From the sequence record SRR22947725_3373: a stretch of DNA of 33,905 bases, one strand, 5' to 3'. The notes beneath the pieces are model-generated. The model ran no database searches, was not told the origin of the DNA, and saw only the letters and a program-made list of their open reading frames with translations. Made by a program: the position numbers and the translations under genes. This document shows, piece after piece, positions 9,334 to 17,815 of this stretch (positions are counted from its first letter, which is position 1; each line of letters starts with the position of its first letter).

Positions 9334-10233
9334 ATGAGTCAAATTATCAACTACGGATCCTGCTGCATTGATCACGTTTTTCAAATTCCGCATTTTGTTC
9401 GCGCAGGCGAAACCCTCAGCAGTACGGGTTACGCCATATTCCCGGGCGGGAAAGGTCTCAATCAATCCATCGCAGTTGCCGAAGCCGGTTGCGCGGTCAC
9501 CCATGTTGGCGCAGTCGGTGAGGACGGACGGTGGCTCGCAGAGCTTATGACCGCACGCGGCGTGAACATCACCCACCTCGGCATTACCGATACCCCAACA
9601 GGTCAGGCGATTTTACAAATCGATCCGAGCGGAGAAAATGCCATCATTATCTTGGGTGGTGCCAATCTAGCGGCACACGAGCATCTCATTGATGCGGCGC
9701 TTAACGACGCAACTGGCGATGAGATCTTACTCATTCAAAACGAAACCAGCGGCAACGAAGCTGCTATTCGTCAGGCCAAAGCAAAAGGCCTGCAAGTTGC
9801 TTTCAACATGGCACCGATGAACGCAAACGCCCGGGCCCTGCCCTTGGCGCTGATCGATTACTTTATTATTAACGAGACCGAAGGCGAGGCTTTAACGGGT
9901 AAAACCGAACCAAGCGAAATTTGCGATGCTGTCTTGGACCAATATCCCCATAGCGCGGTGGTCCTCACCTTAGGTCCAGCGGGCGTTCTGTTCCGAACCG
10001 CTGAACGCAAACTGTCGCAACCTGCCTATCCGGTTGAGACCGTTGACACCACTGGTGCGGGTGACACCTTCACCGGATATTTTCTCGCAACCTTGATGAA
10101 GACAAAGCAGGTCGAGCTGGCGCTGCAGACGGCTGCCGCCGCGGCGGCACTTTCGGTGACCCAACCGGGCGCCGCAACCTCAATTCCGACATTACACGAC
10201 GTCAATCAATTCCTGGCGACGCGCGCGTCCTAG
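9334..10233 (+). CDS. rbsK: ribokinase (PfkB family)
   Basis: PGGKGLNQ, GAVGEDG, GENAIII, QNE, NETE, DTTGAGDTF signatures. Confidence 0.88.
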   Translation: MSQIINYGSCCIDHVFQIPHFVRAGETLSSTGYAIFPGGKGLNQSIAVAEAGCAVTHVGAVGEDGRWLAELMTARGVNITHLGITDTPTGQAILQIDPSGENAIIILGGANLAAHEHLIDAALNDATGDEILLIQNETSGNEAAIRQAKAKGLQVAFNMAPMNANARALPLALIDYFIINETEGEALTGKTEPSEICDAVLDQYPHSAVVLTLGPAGVLFRTAERKLSQPAYPVETVDTTGAGDTFTGYFLATLMKTKQVELALQTAAAAAALSVTQPGAATSIPTLHDVNQFLATRAS

Positions 10234-10422
10234 AGACCCCGTAAGGATTGGTGTTTGTACCGGTAGACCTTTTAATCATGGGATGCCATGAACACGGCCA
10301 CTCGGGGCTTACGCCGATACCCCGCATTGGTTCCCCAACTCATGGGCTTTAATTGCGCTGGACCTCTCCAACCGGTCAGCGCGATTTAACCCTAAAGCCT
10401 GCAAAAACATAAAAGAATATTG

Positions 10423-10445
10423 AGAAGATAAGAAGATAAGAAGAT
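10423..10445. repeat. (AGAAGATA)~3 tandem repeat
   Basis: Read directly: AGAAGATA AGAAGATA AGAAGAT. Confidence 0.85.
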
Positions 10446-10631
10446 TTTAAACTCAGAATTTCCAGCATCGACCCGGACTCGGCACCCCACCCTACAGCCG
10501 CCTGCTGCGATCAGATTCAGATGAAACCGTGACCGTGTCCTGAACACGTTCTCACCACGTTCGGACAAACGGACGCAGATTAAATAACCAAGACAAGGCC
10601 CGCAATCGGGGCTCGGACAAAACGGCCTTAT

Positions 10632-10817
10632 TTAAGCCTCAGCCCTTGTCCAACCCAGCGCCGCGTCAACCGCTTCTGCTGGCCAATTTTTTGGTGGCAG
10701 TGCGGTCGCTCGAATCGTGCTCGCATGCAGAAAGCCAGCATCAAAGGGAACGCAGGAACCCTGGGTCACGAATTGCGCGAACTCTGGCTCGTCAGGCATT
10801 GGTAAGAACACTTTCAT
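10632..10817 (-). CDS. small hypothetical protein (61 aa)
   Basis: ATG preceded by GAGGAAG; divergent from the response regulator; no family recognised. Confidence 0.45.
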   Translation of the reverse strand: MKVFLPMPDEPEFAQFVTQGSCVPFDAGFLHASTIRATALPPKNWPAEAVDAALGWTRAEA

Positions 10818-11023
10818 AATGACTTCCTCTCGCAGTTGCCTTTATTTAAACCAAACTCATCGGAGTCAGCAGGAAGGAATGATGAATATTCGAGGTAAAA
10901 CCCTGTAGAACCGATGGAGCCTGCTATAAAATCGGCCTCTGATGCGGAAAGTAGCCCTTCCACACTACCCGCGAGCGAATGAATGCTTTAACTTTATCAA
11001 CACCTAGCGTGAGGACGACTGAT

Positions 11024-11722
11024 ATGGCAAAAAAGATCGTGATCGTCGAGGACGACATCGACCAAAGAAATAACTATATCGATGCGATCAGCAAGAAGGG
11101 ATATCAAGTTCGAGGCTTTTCAAGTCGGGCTGAAGCACTGCTCGGCTTCGACAGCGAACTCCCCGATCTTGTCATTTTAGATATCATTCTTGGCGATGAA
11201 GTTGATGCCGGATTCGAGATCTGTCGAGATCTTTTGGCCCGGTCTCCGAACCTACCGGTCATCTTCCTAACCGAACGTATTGCAGAAATCGATAAAATTA
11301 GCGGTCTGCGCTTGGGCGCCTGGGATTATTTACCCAAACCAATTTCATTGGATTACCTTTCAGAAAAAATTAGCTCCCTGCTCCGGATTCATGAAGTCCG
11401 AAACCTTGCAGCTCAAGGCACCGCGGAAGCCAAAATAGTCGGCGACATGTCGATCGACCAAGACGCTTTACTGGTCTCATGGAAAAATCATCCCATTAAT
11501 TTATCCGGAACCGAGTTTAGAATGCTGGCAAAACTCGTTCGCGTACCCGGTCATGCGGTCTCTTACGACACCCTAATGAATGCGACCATGCAGTCCTTGG
11601 TGACCAACAATACGATCAATACCCACATGCGTAATATTCGTAAGAAATTCGAGACCATCGATCCCGATTTTAAGTGCATCAAGAGTGAGTATGGCTTTGG
11701 ATACCGGTGGTCGACGCAATAA
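11024..11722 (+). CDS. OmpR-family response regulator, PdsR-like
   Basis: Receiver domain (VEDD, LDIILG, FLT, DYLPKP) plus winged helix (TINTHMRNIRKKF, YGFGYRW). ATG 11024 follows GAGGA. Confidence 0.9.
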   Translation: MAKKIVIVEDDIDQRNNYIDAISKKGYQVRGFSSRAEALLGFDSELPDLVILDIILGDEVDAGFEICRDLLARSPNLPVIFLTERIAEIDKISGLRLGAWDYLPKPISLDYLSEKISSLLRIHEVRNLAAQGTAEAKIVGDMSIDQDALLVSWKNHPINLSGTEFRMLAKLVRVPGHAVSYDTLMNATMQSLVTNNTINTHMRNIRKKFETIDPDFKCIKSEYGFGYRWSTQ

Positions 11723-11725
11723 CAC

Positions 11726-13894
11726 ATGGGCACCTTGACCTATAAGGGCCCAAAGCTGGGAACCAAGCTTTTTATTCTGACCAGTTTTATTTTGGTGGTC
11801 ATCCCCTGGTTCAGCTATCTCTACCTAAGCGAAATGGAAGAGATCCTGATTGATAGCCAAGCCAATGCCCAACTACTCACGGCAGAGGGAATTTCAACGC
11901 TTTTAAATGGTCGATCCGATCTTTTTGACGAGCTACCGATCAGTCCGGATGGCTACGAAAAACTCTATGCGCACCCCCTCGAGAAACCGATTCGAATCGA
12001 TGGCAAGAATTCAGACTGGGAGGATGTCCTGGATTTTAATGTTGGCTTTGGACAAGCGCCATCGCTTAACGCCAATGACCCAGAAGCCTTAAACCAGTTT
12101 TACCTCGTGTTGGGCGAACACAAAGGACAGGTTTATGCCTTAGTACAAGTCCTAGACGATCAAATGATTTATCGTGACAACGATATTCTAAGACTCGATT
12201 TATCTGACCATATCCGAGTGACCTACACCGATCAGGCCGGCCAAACACAGCAACTGGTGATCACGGCAACCGAAGAAGGCATCACAACCGCCTATCGAGT
12301 CGACCGAAACTGGCGCTATGCCCTTGATGGCGAGGCCGATAATCGGGTCCCGGGCGTCCAGCTGAAGACCGAAAATGGCTATGCTTTAGAGTTCCGGATT
12401 CCGCTTGAGCTGCTCGGACCAACGCGCAACTTTGGCCTTGCGGTCGTTGATGTCGACAACGACTCAACCCGTGCGATCGAGTCCATCACCGGCACCTTAC
12501 CATCAGGCGAGCGCGAGGCCTTCGGACTGGTTTTGCTCAAGACGCCAGAGGTCTTAAGAATTATTGAGGGCCTCGGATACTCAGGCGCCAACATTCAAGT
12601 GATCGATTCCCAAAGCCGCATTCGAGCCGAGGTCGGCAGCTATCACTCTGATGACGCAGTGCCCGCCGACGCGTCGAGCAGCGCAGGCTTTGGGCTCACC
12701 GCGATCAGCGCCTGGCTATTAGACCCATTTTACACTTTGGTCGAACGGACGCTGAGTACAACCCGCATCGGCCAAGAGGACAATATCATTACAGCGGCCC
12801 TCGCCGGCGAGCCAACCGTTGCTTATTTTATTTCGCCCATGGACGGTGAAATAATCGTCGCGGCGCACCCCATTATTGACGAGGGCGCAATATTAGGCGT
12901 GGTTGTATTAAAACAAACCACCGATCGGATTCTCAATCTCCGCCGGGATGCGCTCAAGCGGATCGTGAATTTTTCCGTCATCTCGGTGATCATTTTCGCC
13001 GGGATCATCCTGCTTTTTTCAGCGCGGTTAGCGCGCAGAATTCGCAGATTGGGTAACGAAGCCACCGGCGTGATCGACCGACACGGTCGACTGACCTCGC
13101 CCCGATTAACCTCGGAGACCAACTCTGGCGACGAGCTCGGTGATTTGGCCCGCGGGATCTCAAACATGCTCACAAGGCTCCATCAGCACAATCAATTTCT
13201 CGAAAACATGCCGCGAACGCTTCGCCATGAAATCAACAACCCACTCAACACGCTGTCAACATCGCTTGATAACTTAGCGACTGAACAAACCCCCGAGGGT
13301 CGGCAAAAGTACCTAGACAGCGCACGACGCGGCCTCAATCGCATTGGGTTAATCGTTCAGAATCTTGCCGATGCCGCAAACCTTGAAGAAGCACTCATTG
13401 GCGATGACCTTGAATGCATTGACCTCAAACTGCTGCTGCAATCCTATGTGAGCAACTGCAAGATGACGCAACCTGGCCGGGCATTCACCCTCAACGCGCC
13501 AGATGAGCCCCTGTTTGCTTGGATATGTGATTATCGAATTGAGCAGCTCCTCGACAAACTCATCGACAACGCAGTCGACTTTTCGGAGGTCGGTAGCACT
13601 ATCTGCGTCGATCTAAAGGCCGTCGGCACGGACCTAAACCTCGACATCACGAATGTCGGCCCGGGTATTCCAGAGAATTTGCTCACCAGTATTTTTGATT
13701 CAATGGTAACCGCCAGAGCAAACAATCCTGACAACCGCCTGCATTTCGGGATTGGCCTTTATGTTGTCCGGGTCATCGCCGACCACCATCAGGGTTCTGT
13801 CCACATCAACAATCTAGCGGACCCCTCTGGGGTTCGCGTTGGCGTCACCCTCCCGAGCGCTGCGCCGCCTGCAAACCAAACCTTGGCGCTTTAA
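11726..13894 (+). CDS. sensor histidine kinase, PdsS-like
   Basis: Two TM segments around a ~380-aa periplasmic region (IRIDGKNSDW...YALEFRIP); HAMP (DELGDLA); H-box RHEINNPL; LDKLIDNAVDFS; HFGIGLYVVR. Confidence 0.9.
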   Translation: MGTLTYKGPKLGTKLFILTSFILVVIPWFSYLYLSEMEEILIDSQANAQLLTAEGISTLLNGRSDLFDELPISPDGYEKLYAHPLEKPIRIDGKNSDWEDVLDFNVGFGQAPSLNANDPEALNQFYLVLGEHKGQVYALVQVLDDQMIYRDNDILRLDLSDHIRVTYTDQAGQTQQLVITATEEGITTAYRVDRNWRYALDGEADNRVPGVQLKTENGYALEFRIPLELLGPTRNFGLAVVDVDNDSTRAIESITGTLPSGEREAFGLVLLKTPEVLRIIEGLGYSGANIQVIDSQSRIRAEVGSYHSDDAVPADASSSAGFGLTAISAWLLDPFYTLVERTLSTTRIGQEDNIITAALAGEPTVAYFISPMDGEIIVAAHPIIDEGAILGVVVLKQTTDRILNLRRDALKRIVNFSVISVIIFAGIILLFSARLARRIRRLGNEATGVIDRHGRLTSPRLTSETNSGDELGDLARGISNMLTRLHQHNQFLENMPRTLRHEINNPLNTLSTSLDNLATEQTPEGRQKYLDSARRGLNRIGLIVQNLADAANLEEALIGDDLECIDLKLLLQSYVSNCKMTQPGRAFTLNAPDEPLFAWICDYRIEQLLDKLIDNAVDFSEVGSTICVDLKAVGTDLNLDITNVGPGIPENLLTSIFDSMVTARANNPDNRLHFGIGLYVVRVIADHHQGSVHINNLADPSGVRVGVTLPSAAPPANQTLAL

Positions 13895-14403
13895 TTCACG
13901 ACTTTAAGATTTTGTTGCACGAGCGGGTCAACTGGCGCTTGAATTCGCCAATCGGCTTTCGACGCTGCCGAATGCAAGATTGCCGTAATCGATACCGCGA
14001 TTTCATGATTGAAGGTTAAATTAAGGCCCTCACCCGCCTTCGGCAATAGCGATACGTGAAGCTGATCTTCTTTGATTCGGTAGGTCAGTTTGTAGGCAAG
14101 TTGGTATGCTTGCGGCGTACTGACTTCAGGGTCACTGGCAGCGGCAAAGGGCGTCTCAAAATTTGCCCGATCCAAGGCTTGACGCTCTTTATAATCCTGA
14201 ACATCCTGCCGATCCGAGGCAGACGCAAGGGTTCCCACATCAGGATCCGCAGCGGCGTATTGCCCGAGCGCCTTCAACAATAGCTGTAAATACCGCCGCG
14301 TGAGTAAGATGCCGTGGGCTTGCGCTTCATCTGTTCCCACACGTAGCAACAACCGATCTTCCTCGGCATCGTATTTTGCTTGTATTTGCCGAATCGAGGC
14401 CAT
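13891..14403 (-). CDS. conserved-looking hypothetical protein
   Basis: ATG 14403 after AGGAG; N-terminal YDAEEDRLLLR...LLTRR pattern; stop shares TTAA (13891-13894) with the kinase stop. Confidence 0.75.
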   Translation of the reverse strand: MASIRQIQAKYDAEEDRLLLRVGTDEAQAHGILLTRRYLQLLLKALGQYAAADPDVGTLASASDRQDVQDYKERQALDRANFETPFAAASDPEVSTPQAYQLAYKLTYRIKEDQLHVSLLPKAGEGLNLTFNHEIAVSITAILHSAASKADWRIQAPVDPLVQQNLKVVN

Positions 14404-14422
14404 AATCAATCGGCTCCTTCTT

Positions 14423-14442
14423 TTATCAATTTATTTTGATAT
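14423..14442. promoter_or_regulatory. putative SahR operator 1
   Basis: TTATCAATTTATTTTGATAT = ATCAA-N6-TTGAT palindrome upstream of sahR. Confidence 0.65.
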
Positions 14443-14470
14443 TTAATTGCACTCTGCGTTGTTTTGAGTA

Positions 14471-14494
14471 CTATATCGAAAAATTTTGATATAG
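14471..14494. promoter_or_regulatory. putative SahR operator 2
   Basis: CTATATCGAAAAATTTTGATATAG near-palindrome ending 4 nt before the sahR ATG; same core as site 1, offset by 50 bp. Confidence 0.7.
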
Positions 14495-14498
14495 CTCA

Positions 14499-15479
14499 AT
14501 GAACGCCCAACCTTTACCAACCCCAACCGCCCCCGCAGCCATTCTTGCGCTGTCAAAAGCTTTTGCAGATCCCTTACGCCTGGACGTCTTGCGACTGCTC
14601 CAAAACAACTCGTTCGGCGTATTGGAGCTTTGTCACATTACCACGACGCCCCAATCGGGCATGAGCCATCACTTAAAAATTCTCACCGGGTGCGGCCTGC
14701 TTGAAACAAAGCGCGAAGGCACCTCCATATTTTATCGTCGCGCGATGTTACCGCAGAACGGTTTCTTGAGCGATCTGACAAAAACCTTCTTAGAAACCCT
14801 TGACCAAACAGCCTTATCACCTGAGTTGCTCAAAACCCGTCAGGAAATCTACGATGACCGTAGTCAACAATCGGCTGACTTTTTTAAGCGCTGCGCGGCA
14901 CAGCTGAAGGAAAATCAGGATCTTGTCGCATCCTTCGAGCACTACTCCGGGTGTGTGGGAGACTTAATCGGCAACGAAAACCTTCCAAGAGAAACCCGGG
15001 TTATTGAAATCGGCGCCGGCGAAAGCCCGTTACTCACAAGCCTTTCAAGCACTTTTAAGTCCGTCCTGGTCGTTGATAACTCGGCCGAAATGCTCAAGAA
15101 GACCAAAGCAAGAGTACAACAAGAACAGCTCAAGAACGTTCACTTCATGCTGCAAGATTACGACACCCTGACCCTAGATTTCCCGGCGGACCTTTTGGTC
15201 TGCAACATGGTGCTCCATCACTTACCGGCGCCAGCCGCCTTTTTTCAAAAAGCAGCTGGACTCATCAAGCCAAAGGGCAAGCTGCTGTTAATTGACCTTT
15301 GCCCGCACCAACAAGACTGGACCCGGGACATTTGCGGGGACCTTTGGCTTGGATTCGAACCTGACGATCTCGATCTTTGGGCGAGCGCATCTGGCTTTCA
15401 GCGCGGGCAGGGCGCGTTCCTTGGTTTGAAAAATGGTTTTCAACTACAGCTGAAAATTTTCACAGCACATTCACTTTAA
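14499..15479 (+). CDS. sahR: ArsR-HTH / SAM-methyltransferase-fold regulator SahR
   Basis: KAFADPLRL...SHHLKIL...REG ArsR domain fused to an IEIGAGES...NMVLHH methyltransferase fold; lies directly upstream of ahcY. Confidence 0.85.
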   Translation: MNAQPLPTPTAPAAILALSKAFADPLRLDVLRLLQNNSFGVLELCHITTTPQSGMSHHLKILTGCGLLETKREGTSIFYRRAMLPQNGFLSDLTKTFLETLDQTALSPELLKTRQEIYDDRSQQSADFFKRCAAQLKENQDLVASFEHYSGCVGDLIGNENLPRETRVIEIGAGESPLLTSLSSTFKSVLVVDNSAEMLKKTKARVQQEQLKNVHFMLQDYDTLTLDFPADLLVCNMVLHHLPAPAAFFQKAAGLIKPKGKLLLIDLCPHQQDWTRDICGDLWLGFEPDDLDLWASASGFQRGQGAFLGLKNGFQLQLKIFTAHSL

Positions 15480-15500
15480 CACCCAACCTTAGGAGTCATC

Positions 15501-16862
15501 ATGACCGATTATAAAGTAGCCGATATTAGCCTCGCCGATTTTGGCCGAGCAGAAATTGAACTGGCTGAAGCAGAAATGCCAGCGCTGATGAAGCTGCGAG
15601 CCAAATACCAAACCGAACAACCGTTAAAAGGCGCCAAAGTTTTGGGTTGTATCCACATGACAATCCAGACCGCCGTTCTCATTGAGACCTTGGTTGATTT
15701 GGGTGCAGAAGTGCGCTGGTCGTCTTGCAACATTTTTTCAACCCAAGATCATGCTGCCGCGGCAATCGCTGCCAGCGGTATTGGTGTTTTCGCATGGAAG
15801 GGTCAGACTGAAGAAGAATTTCTCTGGTGTATTGAGCAAACCATCTTAAAAGATGGCAAGCCTTGGGATGCCAATATGATCTTAGATGACGGCGGCGACC
15901 TGACTGAAATGGTGCATAACAAATACCCAGATCTATTAGCGGCGATACACGGTATTACAGAAGAAACCACGACCGGGGTCCACAGACTCCAAGAAATGCT
16001 CAAAGCCGGCGAACTTAAAGTACCCGCCATTAATGTCAACGACTCTGTTACCAAATCCAAAAACGATAACAAGTATGGTTGTCGACACAGCCTGAACGAC
16101 GCAGTCAAGCGTGCAACCGACATGCTCATGGCGGGTAAAAAGGCCTTGGTCATTGGTTATGGCGATGTGGGTAAAGGCTCGGCTCAAAGTCTTCGCCAGG
16201 AAGGCATGATTGTCCGCGTCACAGAAATCGACCCTATTTGCGCCATGCAAGCCTGCATGGACGGCTACGAAGTCGTGTCTCCCTATATCAATGGCATTAA
16301 CACCGGAAAAAAAGAAGATATCGATCTACGATTGATGCAAGGCACCGATATGATTGTGACCTGCACCGGCAACGTCAATGTGTGCGATGAGAATTTGTTG
16401 GCAACGGTTGCGAGCAACGCGGTCGTTTGTAACATCGGACACTTCGACACTGAGATCGATACACAGTTCATGCGCGACAACTGGCGTTGGCAAGAAGTTA
16501 AACCGCAGGTTCATAAAATTTTCCGCAGCGACGATCCAACCGACTACATTTTGCTACTGTCAGAGGGCCGCTTGGTCAACCTTGGCAACGCGACCGGTCA
16601 CCCGTCACGCATCATGGACGGCTCTTTCGCGAACCAAGTTTTAGCACAAATGTATCTGTTCGAACGTGCGTGGGCGAGTCATGATCCGATGCAGCGGCAA
16701 CCGATCACGGTTGAGGTTTTGCCCAAAGCGCTCGATGAAGAGGTTGCGCAATACATGGTGGAAGGTTTTGGCGGGACGATTACTCGACTGACTCAAAAGC
16801 AAGCTGATTACATTAACGTGTCTGGAGAAGGTCCTTTTAAATCTGAAGAATACAAGTACTAA
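15501..16862 (+). CDS. ahcY: S-adenosylhomocysteine hydrolase
   Basis: [59 protein letters not shown]. Confidence 0.99.
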   Translation: MTDYKVADISLADFGRAEIELAEAEMPALMKLRAKYQTEQPLKGAKVLGCIHMTIQTAVLIETLVDLGAEVRWSSCNIFSTQDHAAAAIAASGIGVFAWKGQTEEEFLWCIEQTILKDGKPWDANMILDDGGDLTEMVHNKYPDLLAAIHGITEETTTGVHRLQEMLKAGELKVPAINVNDSVTKSKNDNKYGCRHSLNDAVKRATDMLMAGKKALVIGYGDVGKGSAQSLRQEGMIVRVTEIDPICAMQACMDGYEVVSPYINGINTGKKEDIDLRLMQGTDMIVTCTGNVNVCDENLLATVASNAVVCNIGHFDTEIDTQFMRDNWRWQEVKPQVHKIFRSDDPTDYILLLSEGRLVNLGNATGHPSRIMDGSFANQVLAQMYLFERAWASHDPMQRQPITVEVLPKALDEEVAQYMVEGFGGTITRLTQKQADYINVSGEGPFKSEEYKY

Positions 16863-16869
16863 GAACCTG

Positions 16870-16893
16870 CAAACCCAACCCGCGTTGGGTTTG
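16870..16893 (+). terminator. stem-loop after ahcY
   Basis: CAAACCCAAC-CCGC-GTTGGGTTTG, perfect 10-bp stem, no U-tract. Confidence 0.45.
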
Positions 16894-16948
16894 GACTCGG
16901 CGTCTGAAGTCGGAGACAATAGTGTTTCGACTTCAGGCACCTTTTTCC

Positions 16949-17815
16949 ATGAAACAAGCGCTCTCAGATCTACTCACGCTTTTAGACCTCGAACAAATTG
17001 AAACCAATCTCTTTCGCGGCGTCAGCCCCGATGAAGGTTGGCAACGCGTTTATGGCGGTCAAGTTATTGGTCAAGCATTGGTCGCAGCATCCCGAACCGT
17101 CGACGATCCAAGTCGATCCGCACACTCTTTACATGGTTATTTTTTAAGACCGGGCGATACAACTTGTCCGATTCTGTATCAGGTCGATCGCATCCGTGAT
17201 GGCCGAAGTTTTACCACCCGACGCGTCAAAGCCATTCAGAAAGGCCAGGCGATCTTTAGCATGTCGGTTTCGTTTCAGGTTATGGAGGCAGGCCTAGAGC
17301 ACCAAATGACCGCGCCCAGTGCGCCGCCGCCTGAAGACTGCAAAAGCGAAGAGATGCTGATGGATGAATACCTTCGCGACGTGCCAGAGGCTGACTCAAC
17401 CTTTGTTAAACGCCCCCGTCCGATCGAGATGCGCTTTGCGGACCCAATGAATGATGCCAACCCGAAACCTCTGGCCCCAGAGCAAAGTGTCTGGATCAAA
17501 ACCATCGATACGATGCCCGATGATGTTCGCTTGAATCAGTGCCTGCTTGCTTACGCCTCAGACATGACCTTGATCGATACCAGTTACCGGCCCCATGCGA
17601 TCAATTGGCGTCAAGATAATTTTCAGGTCGCCAGCTTGGATCATGCTATGTGGTTTCATCGCCCGTTTAAAACGGATGAATGGCTTTTGTATCATCAAGA
17701 CAGTCCCTACTCTGGCGGCGCCCGAGGCTTTAGTCGCGGCACCTTTTACGACACAGATGGCATTTTAGTGGCGTCGTGTGCACAAGAAGGTCTTATCCGG
17801 CTACACACGTCATGA
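16949..17815 (+). CDS. tesB: acyl-CoA thioesterase II
   Basis: RVYGGQVIGQAL, HSLHGYFLRPGD, RDGRSFTTRRV, LAYASD, ASLDHAMWFH, QEGLIR. Confidence 0.95.
   Translation: MKQALSDLLTLLDLEQIETNLFRGVSPDEGWQRVYGGQVIGQALVAASRTVDDPSRSAHSLHGYFLRPGDTTCPILYQVDRIRDGRSFTTRRVKAIQKGQAIFSMSVSFQVMEAGLEHQMTAPSAPPPEDCKSEEMLMDEYLRDVPEADSTFVKRPRPIEMRFADPMNDANPKPLAPEQSVWIKTIDTMPDDVRLNQCLLAYASDMTLIDTSYRPHAINWRQDNFQVASLDHAMWFHRPFKTDEWLLYHQDSPYSGGARGFSRGTFYDTDGILVASCAQEGLIRLHTS

Noticed and set aside
10234-10630. CsrB/RsmZ-type sRNA
   Set aside because: About 7 GGA in 400 nt is near chance expectation, and they are not arranged in repeated ANGGA loops.
15480-15500. SAH riboswitch before ahcY
   Set aside because: Only 21 nt separate sahR and ahcY, leaving no room; SahR boxes account for regulation.
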